Source of the DNA: Eledone cirrhosa
Lineage: Eukaryota
Direction: 5' to 3'
NCBI GenBank assembly: GCA_964016885.1
Contig: OZ024746.1
Location: 24,986,001 to 25,050,000 of the forward strand
Length of the DNA stretch: 64,000 nt
Below are positions 25,878-43,279 of the stretch, piece by piece; the stretch's first letter is position 1, and each line of letters begins with the position of its first letter. A program made the translations under genes and the position numbers. The notes under the pieces were generated by a model. That model searched no databases. It was not told where the DNA came from and saw only the letters and a program-made list of their open reading frames with translations.

Positions 25878-26274
25878 CTGGAAAATGTCTTCGGAAATAT
25901 ACTATCCAGTCTGTTGGGGAATGGAAACGATGATAGTCTCCCGGTGCCAGGTAAATAACACAATGGTACAAAACATTATCAGGGTGGACCAGTTTGGAAA
26001 GAATCTTCTGGTTTTGGTCAATATGGACATTAAGACTATTATTACTTTTGTTGATATCTTCTTGAAGAGACGATGACGATGATGATGATGACATTGATGA
26101 AGAGTCTGTTGATGATGATGATGATGATGAGGATGACGACGATGATTCAAATGGAGATTTCCAACTGACTGGTCCAATAAAACCTTCCACAGAAAAGTTC
26201 ACTCCTTTTACTTGTTTGATAACACCATTCTCCACTCTACCGAAATGTGTGATGGTACCATCTGAAGGACTTGT
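25878..26274 (-). CDS. PISD: PISD coding exon (TSPSDG...[16 protein letters not shown]...RRHFP), with a poly-Ser insert
   Basis: Acceptor ttacag|ACA and donor CCAG|gtaggt; 397 nt, phase 0/1; contains the SPxDG (catalytic Asp) and YHxFHSP (catalytic His) motifs. Confidence 0.95.
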
Positions 26275-26638
26275 CTGTAAAATAAATAAAGGAAATACAA
26301 CCATTACTAATGAGATAAGGTTTATTAAAGATTCACAGTTAATAAAATCTTTTTTAATTAAACCTTTTATTATTACATTTCTAAAGAAATATAGTCCCTA
26401 TGCATTTCAAATATTTTTTTTAATAATCAAGAATATGGAGGGATTAAGTAAAATAAGTAACTTTGACATTATTACGATGTTTGGAACATAAAGGTTCTTA
26501 CATAAAATTATGATGGAAGGTTTCTAGATAAATGCAAACACTAAAATGGGGGGGTTTTGTGTCATAGAATCATGGGTGGTTTCAGGCAGATTGGTATGCA
26601 GAGGGTTAAACACACAATATGCACATCATCAACAGCAG

Positions 26639-26882
<244 letters not shown>

Positions 26883-27639
26883 GGAGAGTGAAGGAGAGCT
26901 ATAGATAGACAAAGAGAGGGCATAGAGAAAGACAGATATTATGAGTATGTCCAACAGTTTGTTTCGAAAATCCACTTAGAACAGTAATGACTGAGGCCAT
27001 TAACTGAAGAGGTTTGATTGAATGTTGTATCAACTACCAATGTTATGTAACTTATATCAGGGTGTTGAAACTCATCAGGATCTTGAGTTATTAAGCTACA
27101 GCAGAGCCAACCAATCAACCAATCAAATGTCTGTTTAGAAAAACAGATGTAAGATGTTATTGTTGTTATGGCTCACACCTGTTCAGGTTTAACTGGCCTC
27201 ACGTGATGTTGCATCTCATAGGAGGTTTCTGGATGTTTTAATGATGGGGGGTACATTCCTGTTATGATGGATATAGTATAGATCTATTTCACAGATACAT
27301 ACACACACATACATATGTATAATGGTTTCTGATTTGGGCACAAGGCCAACACTTTGGGGGGAATGGAAAGGCAATTAAATTTCCCTAGTATGTTACTAGC
27401 CCTTTATTTTATCAACCCCATAAGGATGAAAGAAAGCTAACCTCAGCGGGATTTGAACCCAGAGCATAAAGAGCCGGAATTATATGCCCCAAAGCATGTC
27501 CAACACTCTACTGATTCTGCCCTCAATCATACATATAATGCTAAGGATTTATATGCCGGAATTATATGCCCCAAAGCATGTCCAACACTCTACTGATTCT
27601 GCCAATCCACTGCACTCAATCATACATATAATGCTAAGG

Positions 27640-27960
27640 ATTAGTGAAAAGATGAACATTTATGTTGACTTAATGAGGAATCTGCAGATACTCCACCCTG
27701 ACTATACCTTCAGATTTGGACATGTGATCATTGGGGCACTTAGATATGTTACTAACTGCCTCAGTACAAATTTTGAGAAGCTAGGCTTTACGGAACCAGA
27801 AAGAGCATGGCTAGTTAGGAAGTTGCAAGTACAGTCCATTAATGGAACTGTTAAAATATGTAAAATATTTCAGAAATTCAGCATGTAACAACTGGACATA
27901 CATAGATACAGAAACATATGCACATGTACACATATAACAAAAAACATACAAACATACATA
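27640..27960 (+). mobile_element. 3' end of an R4/Dong-like (restriction-like endonuclease) non-LTR element
   Basis: ..VIIGALRYV...KLQVQSINGTVKICKIF* resembles RLE-clade C-termini; preceded by an ~80-bp tandem duplication at 27475-27640. Confidence 0.55.
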
Positions 27961-28072
27961 TATATGTATACACCTAGTTGATGTTATTTAAATTCCAATG
28001 AGTCTTGTTTCTTTGTTAGAAACCAGCTCTCTCTCAACAGGTGAATGTTTATTATATAATAAAACCAAAAAG

Positions 28073-28306
28073 ATATATATACATACATACATACACATAT
28101 ATATATACATACATACATACATACATACACACATATATATATATACATACATACATATACATACATACATACACACACATATATATATATATATATACAT
28201 ACATACATACATACACACATATATATACATACATATATACATACACACACATATATATATACATACATACATACATACATACATACATACATACATACAC
28301 ATACAT

Positions 28307-28339
<33 letters not shown>

Positions 28340-28390
28340 CATACATACATACATACATACACACATATATATATATATATATACATACAT

Positions 28391-28426
<36 letters not shown>

Positions 28427-28470
28427 ACATACATACACACACATATATATATATATATATATACATACAT

Positions 28471-28509
<39 letters not shown>

Positions 28510-28919
28510 CATACATACACACACATATATACATACATACATACACACATATACATACACATATATATATATATACACATACATACATACATACACATAT
28601 ATATATATATATATACATACATACATACACACATATATATATATATATATACATATATACATACATACACACATATATATATATATATATATATACATAC
28701 ATACATACACACATATATATATATATATATACATACATACACACATATATATATATATATATATATACATACATACATACACACATATATATATATATAT
28801 ATATACATACATACATACACACATATATACATACATACATACATACATACATACATACACACATATATATAAACATACATACATACATACATACACACAT
28901 ATATATAAACATACATACA

Positions 28920-28953
<34 letters not shown>

Positions 28954-29202
28954 CATACATACATACATACATATATATATATACATACATACATATATAT
29001 ATATACATACATATATATATATATACATACATATATATATATACATACATATATATATATATACATACATATATATATATACATACATACATACATATAT
29101 ATATATACATACATACATACACATATATATATATATACATACATACATATATACATACATACACATATATATATATATATACATACATACACATACATAT
29201 AT

Positions 29203-29251
<49 letters not shown>

Positions 29252-29473
29252 CATACATAATACATACACACATATATATATATATATACATACATATATA
29301 TATTACATATATACACATATATATATACATACACACATACATACACATATATATATATACATACACACATACATACACATATATATATACATACACACAC
29401 ATATATATATATACATACACACATACATACACACACATATATATATATATACATACACACACACATATATATA
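28073..29473. repeat. 1.4-kb compound (TA)/(CATA)/(CA) microsatellite
   Basis: Direct inspection. Confidence 0.97.
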
Positions 29474-30786
<1,313 letters not shown>

Positions 30787-30787
30787 A

Positions 30788-31697
<910 letters not shown>

Positions 31698-31934
31698 GAC
31701 TCCAAATAAGAACTAGCACAGAATAGAGGAAGTTGTTTAGACCTGTCAGAGACAACCACTCTAGTGACAGTAGCACAATAAACACCTAGTTACTGCAGTG
31801 AAGTGGGTTAGGTGCTCCATGACCTCCTCTGACCCAATGCAATGCAAACATGAAAAATATGTGGTTGTAAAAATGGTGAAAAGAAAAAAAAGATAGGGGA
31901 GGGGTGTGTATGTTTGTGCGTATGTATGCATGTG

Positions 31935-32236
<302 letters not shown>

Positions 32237-32599
32237 AGTTTTTAGAGAAAAAAAAAGAAAAATATTCCTTTATTACTAATCATGAAAATTGAGAATTCAA
32301 AGTCTTAATCCATCATTGTTACAAGAGAGATCTCTTTGATATAATCCTTACAGACATGACATTGTGAGTGTGTAGTATCTGTCTGTGAACACCAGTGCCT
32401 CCATGTGTCTATATGTGCATAAGTTTCAATATATATATGTATGTAAGTGCATATGTAAGAAAACAAATGCACAAAGCTTAATCTTGTGTGCCCAAGATTT
32501 AGATTGTGTACATCTAAATGTTACCTACTCCTTTACATACCAAGCAAGGACACTTCTCTGATGGTATTAAGGTCCCATCTTTACTTACTAAAATCTTGC

Positions 32600-33137
32600 T
32601 CAGAACATTGAATGCCAGGAAACTGTTCAGAGACATGCAACCAAGTGAATACTCCATCAGGCATCTACCATACTCTGAACGCCTTGCTTCCCTGGGCATG
32701 GATACATTGAAGCTCCGATGCCTGGCAACTGACTTGGTAAATACCCACAAAATTGTTAACCATCTTGCCAACAACCCTGAGCACCTTTTTGATTTCCATG
32801 TGTCTAACACACGTGGACATGCCTACAAAGTCAGAAAAGAGCACAGCTCCCATGACTTTCGGAAACATTTTTTCATGCTCAGAGTTGCTGAAGCATGGAA
32901 CAAACTACCTGCATCAGTTGTTAGCTGTTGAGACACTGCACCCTTTAAAACCTCCATGCTTCCTGAGATTCGCCAACACTACACCTGATGTCCCCTCTCC
33001 ATACACACGCACACATGTATTTCATGACTCGTACACTGTTCATTTTCCTGACATTTCTACATTATTCTATGTACTATACATGCACCTTTGATGAGTTGTG
33101 CACCTCAGCACTGTACACAATAATTTCATTATTATTA
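32600..33137 (+). mobile_element. CR1-like LINE 3' end nested in a decayed minus-strand RTE fragment (~32500-33310)
   Basis: YSERLASLG...TRGHAYKV...RKHFF..RV.EAWNKLP..VV and an (ATT)n tail; flanks translate on minus to LESKGLRVN (right) and GTLIPSEKCPCLVCKGVG (left). Confidence 0.8.
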
Positions 33138-33372
33138 AAACTATATTTCTTCCTACATTTACTCTAAGACCTTTTGATTCTAAGTTCTGTTTCCAAAGCC
33201 AAAATTTTATCTCTAGTTCTTTCACAGATTTGGCTGTAAGAACCAAGTCAACAACAGTCAGAAGTTCCTATGGACAGTCAGTCTTAAACTCCTCAGTTAT
33301 GGCCTGGAGAACTTTTTTGCTTCCCATAACTCTCAATTTTGATAGCCACCCCCTCTATTAAGTCAACTAGGG

Positions 33373-33587
<215 letters not shown>

Positions 33588-34040
33588 AGAGAGAGAAAGA
33601 GAGAGAGAGAGAAAGAGAAAGAGAGAGAGAGAGAGAGACACATAAATAGAGAGAGGGCTAGAGAGAGACACAGATGAGACTAAAGCTGATCAAAACCAAC
33701 TATAAAGAAGGCATGTACACGCATTTGCTGTACACATGCACAACTGGTGAATTATAATGCTTCACACAGCACCTACAGGTGACTGCTCTTAATGTATGTC
33801 ATAATGAACAAACTAACATAGATATTATCTCTCTCTCGCACTCAATTTAATATCTTCTTCTCTATCTATTTATCTCTCTCTCTAAAGTGGAAAGACTAAA
33901 TAAATTGCAAGAATAAGAAAATATTTAAAAGAACTCAAAGCAATTAATAAAAACCTTGAAACAATATTAGAATCTCTCTGTCTATACATACATATATATA
34001 CATATATACAGACATACATACACACACACACAACACGTGT

Positions 34041-34071
<31 letters not shown>

Positions 34072-35209
34072 TCATCATCATCATCATCGTTTAACGTCTA
34101 TCTTCCACGCTAGCATGGGTTTAGACAGGAATTGTCCCACGTGAGGCAAGATTGGTTGTTTTGCTCGTATAGGACTGTATGGCGGGTTTTCTATGGCTAG
34201 ATGCCCTTCCTAACACCAACCACGTTTACAGTGTGGACTTGGAGGTTTTTACCGTGTTACCTACACGGCCACATTACAGCGTGGACTGTGTGTTTTTTAT
34301 GTTGTGATACCTACACATATAAACATATATTTTTAAAAAAATAGTACCACCACTCTCTATTTGCACTATTGCTGATACATGCTGCACATTTTTATTCACC
34401 TATTGCTGCCAACTCATACACACAACTATGTTGCTATTAGATTAACTCGACAGTTGCCTAAGAGGTGCAGTCTTCAGTCTTCAGATCAGCAGCACAGACT
34501 GACCTTTGAGGGACAATTTTATACAAATGAATTGATTGAATAATAAAAAAAAAAGAACACAGCAACAAGCAAGTATAATAGTCTATTGTTATAATAGTTC
34601 AGTTTATAACCAGTTCATGGTTTTCAACACAAACAATCCTGTTAAGTTTCATTAGATTTAGATTGGAGTTACCTCATTTTTAGGCATTTAAAGGCCAGCA
34701 ATTATCCCAGTGCACTACTGGTACTTTATTTTATCGACCCCATAGGGATGAAAGGCAAAGTTAACCTTGGTAGGATTTAAACTGAGACCGTAAAGGGCCG
34801 TAACTGTGCCGCAAAGCATAGTGGAGATAATACTGAGTAAAAATGAGGACATTTTAGTCTTGCTGAGCACATGACATGACAATCTCTCTGGTGCTGGTGC
34901 CACAATAAAATGTACCCTGTACACTCTGTAAAGGGGTAGTGTTGGTATCATGATAAAATGTACCTAATATACTTTGTCAAATGATAATGCTGGTGGCATG
35001 ATAGTGCTGGTGGCATGATAACATGTACCTACTATACTCTGTCAAATGATAGTGCCGGTGCCATGATAAAATGCACCCAGTATACACTGCCTAAGACAGG
35101 GTACAATGCAGACAAGTTGTGCAAATGGTAATGGTGAAAGAAGGGAAATATAAATAGACATTTGGAGAGAGAGAGAACATATATTATAATGAAGTTATAC
35201 AACACCTGT

Positions 35210-35240
<31 letters not shown>

Positions 35241-36744
35241 ACATTACAATACAGCATATGTTAGCACATACAGACACAGCCAAATACTATTCAAATATTC
35301 TGGACTGAACCCACCTGACGTTAGTCATATTGGTCTATTGACAATGGTTATATGTTTTGTTTATGTAATCAAACTGTCAGATAATGAGATATTTAAGACT
35401 GAAAATACTACAAGAGAACATGGAGTAGGGATGTATTTGTTCCATTTGTTTCACTAAAGGTAGCTTTATAACAGAAACTCTTCTTGGACAACTTCAGCAA
35501 GTAGGATAACAAGTGGGAAAATCTGTGTAGTGAAAGTTATGATTTAGGTACAAGACCAACAATTTGGGGAGGAGAGGAACAGTAGATTAAATTAACCCTA
35601 GTGCATTACTGGTACTTTATTTTACTGACCCCATAAGGATGTATATATACTGTACTTAAGTGATTGCATATATACTATATGTTTTTTTTTTATTGTTATT
35701 TCCACTTATAGCAGAAAATCAAACATGAACACATTTCAATTGCCTGAGAATATTTATGATGAATTTTTTGGCAAAGAGAGGACAGTAACACTAAAAATAC
35801 CCAGTACACCCTATAAGGTGGTTGGTGATAGGAAAGGCATCCAGCAGTAGAAACCATGCAAAAACAAAAAGGGAGAGCTGAGAAGACTCTTCAGTTATGT
35901 CAAGGGCACAGCAACCTCTTTAGTGTTAGAGTCACGATAAAAAGTTCCCAGTAAACACTATAAAGTGGTTGATGATAGGAAAGGTATCCAGCCATAGAAA
36001 ACTTGCCAAACAAAAGGTCAAGAGGATTCTTTAGTTGTGTCAGAGATATGGCAACCTCCCTTTTGCTAATGCCATGATAAAATGCACCTAGTAATACTCT
36101 GTAGTGTGAAAATGTATGTGGGCAAAGTGCAGCCCCTGGCCTATCTGAGAAGTCAGTGACTCAAACTAAGTACTGATATGTCCAATCTTTGGAAGCAGAG
36201 AAAACATGTTTAGTAATGGTGATACTGATGATGGTTCTACTTAAATATATTTCTAACATTGGTTATAAATACAATGTAATAGGAGACAATTGTAAAAATT
36301 AATCCGAGTATTATATTACTGCTTATCTTCCTTTGCCAGTAGAGATATTTTAGAACAGCTGACAACAGCTGTGTCAAGAGGCCAACAATGTAAAGTCATG
36401 TAGCTAGGATGATTGGCTCACGATTATATAGTTGACAGATTGATTTCTGAAAATTTAAATGAAAATTTTAATGATCCTTCTTTGGATATTTTCTGTTGAT
36501 ATTAAATTTCATTACAATCCTATCATTATCAGCTTTACATTCACATAATAAACAATTAGGTGGTGAATTGACAATCATTATAATGTTGGATTAAATGCTT
36601 TGATCCAGTTCTCTACAATCTGAGTTCAAATCTTGGCATGGTCAACTTTGCTTTTTACCATATTGGGATTGATAAATAAAGTACCAGTCCAAGGTTGTAC
36701 AGTGACAGGACTGTTGCTGCCAATCTACCACTCTCATAATAATA

Positions 36745-36968
36745 ATTGTTTCTACTTCAGGCACAAGGCCAACACTTTGTTGGGGGAGGGGGGGGGGGTT
36801 AATTAAATCGACCCCAGTGCATGAATGGTACTTTATTTTATCAACCCCGTAAGGATGAAAAGCAAAGCTAACCTCAGTGGTATTTGAACTCCGAATGTAA
36901 AGGGCCGTAACTTTATGCCGCAAAGCGGGGTGTCCGACGCTCTACTGACACTGCCAATCCATCACCCT
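36745..36968 (-). mobile_element. SINE family B, older copy (also ~20490-20675, 27320-27480, 34680-34820, 50310-50500, 60120-60332)
   Basis: Similarity to 23149-23332. Confidence 0.8.
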
Positions 36969-38322
36969 TAATCCACAACAATAAGTCATTGTTGCCATTG
37001 GCCTCCTCCTTTTCATTATAATCCTCATCATTTTTACATTCACTTTTTCAAGCTGGCATAGGTTGGTTGTGTCATTCTGAGACAGTATTCTATGGCCAGA
37101 TGTCTTTCCAAATGACAATTCACACTTTTCCTTTTTAATTAAAGTGTTACTTCAGAAGCACTGTAGCAATCTGTCTTCTTGGTTTATATAGTGATAGTAG
37201 CAGCATTACACCTATCATAGAACTGATAGGCAGCTGAATAACAGCTGAACTCAAAACATACCTCATTCAGTCAATCATTGATATATTTCATTCTAGCCAG
37301 AAATAAATACATCATTTCACAGAATATAGTATCTAGTTCTGTTTATCTCACCTGGGCTCAATGGAAATCAGGTTTAACACTTTTGATACCAAACCACCTG
37401 AAGCCAGCTCTGATTTTACAATAAAAGCTGTTTATTTTACAGTATTTATATTTATCTAAAATCTTTCATTCTAATTTTATGTAAGAACCCTTGCTAAGTT
37501 ATGCCACAAACATGAACTTAGTTATATAACTAAATCCCTCCAAATTTTTGATTATTTTTTAAATGAGTTGAAATTTTTCAATATAATAAAAATTATATAT
37601 TAAGTTGATATCTTAATATTGAAATAATATCTTTAGCAAATCCCACCAAATTCACCATCAATTAATTGAAATACAGTGTATGTCATTAGAAATATTGTAA
37701 TGAAAGGGTTATGGAAGTGCCCCAGCATAGCCTCAATCTAATAACTGAAACCAGTAGGAGAATAAAAGAATAGCCATGCAATATTTTTTTGGTGCCAGTT
37801 GCAATAAAGAATTTCTGTTGAGATGGCAAACATTATTAGTTCTGTTATGCCATGGAGACTGAAGCACGTTCACTATGGCGTGACTTCTATCATGCTAATG
37901 TTTCTATAATTGTAATGTGTTTATATTTAAATCATCTTTTGTTTCATTTTTGTTTGTTTTGCTGTTTATTTTATTTGAATAGCATTAAATATTTCAAAGA
38001 CTAATATATATAAACAACTAATTTTCTAAAATCAATAATTATAAAACAAATATCAAAATAAAATAAAATATAACAAAATTTGAATAAATAAGTAAATAAA
38101 TTAAATAAAAAAATAAACAGATTTCATTTTCAGTAAGACAAATCTATTTTCGTGGAAGGAATTTATTTGAGTAATGAATGATAGAATTTAGAAATTTAAA
38201 AATACAGATTATCACCACCACCGCTCATATTGCATAGTGAGCCGGAAAAAATATTGAAGCATTTAACCAGACATTAACTGCTGCAAACAAAGCTGTGTGT
38301 ATGTGTGTGTGTATATATATAT

Positions 38323-38434
38323 ATAGGAATGAGTAGGACCCCGATGGCTGAGCTCAAGCCGTTTCGACGGCTAATTCCAGAATTAGCCGTCGAAACGGCT
38401 TGAGCTCAGCCGTCGGGGTCTTACTTGTTCCTAT
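38323..38434. repeat. Palindrome (55-bp arms) made from the 3' half of a hammerhead
   Basis: Centre gacggctaattc-ca-gaattagccgtc, followed by GAAA-CGGCttgagctcaGCCG-TC-gggg. Confidence 0.85.
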
Positions 38435-38517
38435 TACCCACTCTACTACCCTAAGTATTGAGTACTTTGGTGCATTATGGTCCACCTGGTTCCTTACCAC
38501 ATTTCTTTCGTTTATAT

Positions 38518-38581
<64 letters not shown>

Positions 38582-38922
38582 GGAGTGTAATGTATGTATT
38601 CATGTTTAGCAGCAGGGAAAATGGGTATTAAATGATGGTGATGATATAATGGCAAAGTTGATTAATCGTAAACGAAACCCAGAGGACAAACAAATAAAAG
38701 CATCTATCTAACCTCATCAGCCAGCCACAGGACAATGTGATTTCATGTGTAAGGGTGGGATTGCATGATATAACGTCTAGGCTGCATGGTGGCCTATGCA
38801 GGATGCATTTGAGAGAATACAACAACACAGGGACAAATGCAAAGCGAATACTTAAAAAATAAATAAAAAGTCTTATGACTCGAAGCAGAACAAGAGATGG
38901 TACAAGTTATATATATATGTAT

Positions 38923-39266
38923 GGAGGCACATGGCTTAGTGGTTAGAGCATTGGCCTTGCAATCGAAAGGTTGTGAGTTCAATTCTCAGACCGGGTGATG
39001 TGTTGTTTCCTTGAGCAAGACACTTTATTTCACATTGCTCCAGTTTACTCAGCTGTAGAAATGAGATGATAGGGACTGGGGTCCCTATCATTCCACTGCA
39101 AAGTGGTCGTGGAGGTGCCACGGCAAAAAGCACCCAGCACTCACTGTAAATGAGGTTGGTGTTAGGAAGGGCATCCAGCTGTAGAAATCAAGCCAAAATC
39201 AGTTCCCGTCCAACCCTTGCAAGCAGGGAAAAGCGGACGTAAAATGATGATGATGATGATGATGAT
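38923..39266 (+). mobile_element. Full-length tRNA-derived SINE (family A): tRNA head, central domain, LINE-derived tail, (GAT)n
   Basis: A/B boxes; tail matches the RTE LINE 3'UTR at 3150-3326. Confidence 0.88.
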
Positions 39267-40889
39267 GTGTGTGTGTATATATATATATGGAATGGAACTC
39301 CATCAGTTTCAACGATGAGTGTTTGATCAATGGTACAGACTGCTTGTGAAGTTGAGAGAAAGAGTGTATGTGTATATAAAATATGCAAAGATATATACAC
39401 CAATACTCTGTAGTAAATATTAAATTGGTGCTTATTTAAAGAATCACACACACACACACATATATGTGGGTGGGTGTGGGTGTGTGTGTAAATATGAATA
39501 TATAATGTCAAGGTCTTTTCTATGTAGTAAGATGACAGATAAAACAGTCATCTTTGATGTCAGGGTTGCTATCTATTATATGTATGTCAAGGTATCTAAG
39601 ACAACCACAAGGTTACTAATATGTATGTATGTATGTATGTATATATGTGTGTGTGTGTATGTTGTATAAAACATTGTAACAAAACTGTTAGCAATAGGAA
39701 CAGACAATGGGGGGGAGGGAGAAAGAGGGGGAGAATTGAAGAAATAATAGGGAGAGAGAGAGAGAGAAAAGAAGAGGAGACAGCAAGAGATGAAATTTAA
39801 TGATTTCAATGAAAAAGGAAAAATAAAATGAAATACTGCCTCCATCATTTATCTATCTTCAAGTCTCTCTCTCTCTCGTATTATGTTTTTATATATATCA
39901 TCATCATCATCTTCGTTGAACGTCCATTTTCCACGCTAGCACGAGCTATCTATCAGCCTATCCAAGTGTATCAGCTGTCAGTGCTGTATTCCTCCCACGC
40001 AGCAAACAACCTACACACACTAGATGTTGGAACATAACACGCATATTAAATAGAGTTAGGAGGGAAAGCCATTACTGGCCAGACAGGAAGACATACAGGA
40101 TAGATTGATTTACTACATTAGAGGTTGGTGTTGTTGTTGTTGTTGGTGATAGGGCACAGGAACAGTAATGGAGAAAAACGGTAATAGAGAGGGAGAGAGT
40201 AGGAAAATAGCAGGCATAATGAAGAGAGAAAGAGAGAAGTAAAATGAGCATGAGATAAGATAGGCTGAGTGAAAAGGAGAGGAAGAGAGAGAGATAATAA
40301 AAGAGAAAAACACTAAATTTCTCCTAAATTTCTTCTAATATATTCAACAGCAATGACGCCCCCCCCCCCCTTCACATCACCTCATTTTATAAAAAGCAAC
40401 AATATATTTTCTCTTGTCTAAAATGAAGTTCAGTGACTTTTAGGACCTCTGCAACCACCACCACCATTGCCAACACCAGCACCAACATTACCACCACTAA
40501 CACCATTATTATGAGTACCAATACCAACACCACCATTACCAGTACCACCATCATACCCAGTATGAGAACCACTATATATAACCAGCAACACAAGCACCAA
40601 CACCACCATTACCACCACCACCACACTTGGCTCCCAGAGGTAGGATTTTAGCCAAGTGAGGAATTGGAGAGGTATGTTAGGGGAAGAATCCATTTACCAG
40701 GGAGCTTTCCAGAATAGAACGTGGCACAGAATCCAACAAAAATTTGTCCAGTGTTGCCAGTACATTTTATTAAAAAGCAGTACAAAATTTCCAAAAAGTA
40801 ATATGAGTAAATTACTTTATGAAAATATGTCTAATTTACTATGTATTAATATATATGATGGCAATGACTTTGATACAAAAATACCTAAA

Positions 40890-41610
40890 GATCAGGTCCC
40901 TTTTGCCCTCTATGCATGCATGTTGGTGACTGATGTGAGGGAGCAGAGATTGGTCGGTCTGCCCGCAGTAGCCACAGGGAAATGTCTGTGTTGTGCTTGG
41001 CTCCGCCCTGACACAACTCTTTCACAGGGTTTTTGTCTTCTCCAGCCTGACATGACAGTTCGCCTCAAATGTGCTGGTAGCCTGCTGGATGGTGTGGCAC
41101 CAAGTACTGTGGTAGGCCCACTGGTGAGGGTCGATGTCACATACTTTCAGAGTCTTTTTTTGCATGGCTTTGTCTGCTTCTTTTTGCATGGCTTTGTCCT
41201 GCTGTTTCAACAGCCAGAAAACATTTCTCCATAAAATATAATCTTTGGCAAGTGATGGTTTGCCATTCTGGAGACATGCCCCACCCAACATAGCTGTGTC
41301 TTCATAAGAGTGGACTCAATGCTGGTGGCCTTCACTTTCACAAGGACCCCTGTGTTGGTAATATAGTTACTCCAGTGGATGTTTAATATAGCGCAGAGAC
41401 AGCTTGATGAAATCTCTCCAGGAGGTGGGTGTGACAACAGTATAAGACCCACGACTCAGTGCCATATAAAAGAGTGGTAAGGACTATAGCCCTGTAAATG
41501 CTGAGTTTTGTCTTTTTTTAAGGTTGTTATTTCTCCACATCCTCTTGTTAAGTCTCACAAAGGCCATTCACTGCTGGTTTTGGCTAGTAGGTTGTCCTAT
41601 CTGTATAAAA
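40890..41610 (-). mobile_element. Decayed RTE/BovB-like LINE 3' fragment
   Basis: LCWVGHVSRMANHHLPKIIFYGE; multiple frameshifts. Confidence 0.75.
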
Positions 41611-43073
41611 TTGGTCAACAGATTGATATATATAAATAAATATAAGTATAACAAGTAATGTAAGTAAAACTTTTATATTCTGATTGCTTTTGTACCTTGT
41701 CATATGATATTGTTCTTTTTAATATTATTGCATAATTGTGCTCTGGAATGAGTTTTTTTTACATCTTCCTTCTATTGAGCTCTTTAAAGAACAATGAAAT
41801 CAAGATGTTTTCATTTCAATATATTAGCTGTGATCAGTGGGACACATATATATATGGATTGCCTTGGTCAGTTCTATTGACATAGTTGATACTATGAGCA
41901 GCAACATTGAGGTATGTGGCACCAATATAATGACTGCTCAGCTACACAGTTTGACAGGAACGTTTACTGTGATCCTTTATTTTCTGCAACCTCGGACTGT
42001 TGAGAGGAGGAAGAGAGTAAGAGAGGAAGTTATGCTTACACCAAAGTCCTGGTCTGAATGATTGCAACAGAATGAACCCTGCTAAAGGCAACCAAGGACC
42101 AAATGTAAGAGCTAAATTAAGTTACAAATTAAAATCTACCCCCAAAGAACTTAGAATCGGATGGTTTGAGGTATCTATTGCAGCTCTGTGAATTCTGACT
42201 TCAAATCCAACCTACTGTCACCAGAAAAATGGTGACATGATCATTAACTAGTAATGTCCTGTACGACATGAAACTGCATAAGTAAGACATTCTTGAAAAG
42301 TACAAAACAACACTGTGACTACCTTACATAAAAAATTGAAGTCTTTTTCTCTAATACTACAAATTTCCGCAACAATATGTCCACTAATAAAGATACTATA
42401 AACATTTGAATTAACAAACCCATTATAGAATATTTTCTACTAAATCATTAAAGAGTGATGATTTAAGCATCTAAGAGACATCCTATGAAATGCAACTTTA
42501 TAAGAGGCCTGTCAGTACCTGCACAGGTGTGACTTGCAACAATACACAAAACTGGGTGCAGCTGAAACAACATACTAAAGTGGGTGCAGCTCGTTTTACT
42601 ACTGTCTGAGGATTGTCTCTCTCTTTTGATCTCTTGCTATCTGTCAGCATAATTAATCAACATATAAATTAGCCAAACATTAGGATAACGTGAAATCATA
42701 TTGATTGCTAGTCTAATACATAATACCAAAAGAAAAAACTTTACATAAACCACAGCTAATTGCATAGCTAAGGTGAGAGGATGTGCTCTGCCCTGAGCAG
42801 CAAGTATGTCTGATGTGTATTGTATTGGGGAGTTTTGTGGTAGGAGGCGGCAATAAACTGAAGAAACAGTACAGGCGGCACAGACATTAGCTATGCCATG
42901 GAATATAGCTACTATTTGGTGTAATTACAATGTTTACTTCTCAAATATGTAATATATTCATATATAATTAAATGAATTTAGGTGTTGAACCAAGTCATAA
43001 ATGTATTGATTAAAGAGTTGAAAGATTAAAAAGACAAAATAATCATTATTGATAAACACTGAATAAAAATAAT

Positions 43074-43262
43074 TGTTTCTACTTTAGGCACAAGGCCAGC
43101 AATTACCCAGTGCATTACTGGTACTTTATTTTATCGACCCCGTAAGGCTGAAAGGCAAAGTCAACCTTGGCGGGATTTGAACTCAGATCGTAAAGGGACG
43201 TAACTATGCTGGAAAGCATGGCGTCCGACCCTCTACCGATACTGCCAATCCACCGCCAATCC
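43074..43262 (-). mobile_element. Young SINE family B with an 18-bp TSD
   Basis: TSD acactgaataaaaataat at 43056-43073 and 43263-43280. Confidence 0.9.
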
Positions 43263-43279
43263 ACACTGAATAAAAATAA

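Noticed and set aside
26008-26169. In-frame 162-nt exitron (CCA|gtcagt...aaccag|AAG) removing the poly-Ser insert
   Set aside because: No polypyrimidine tract and a weak donor; unsupported without reads.
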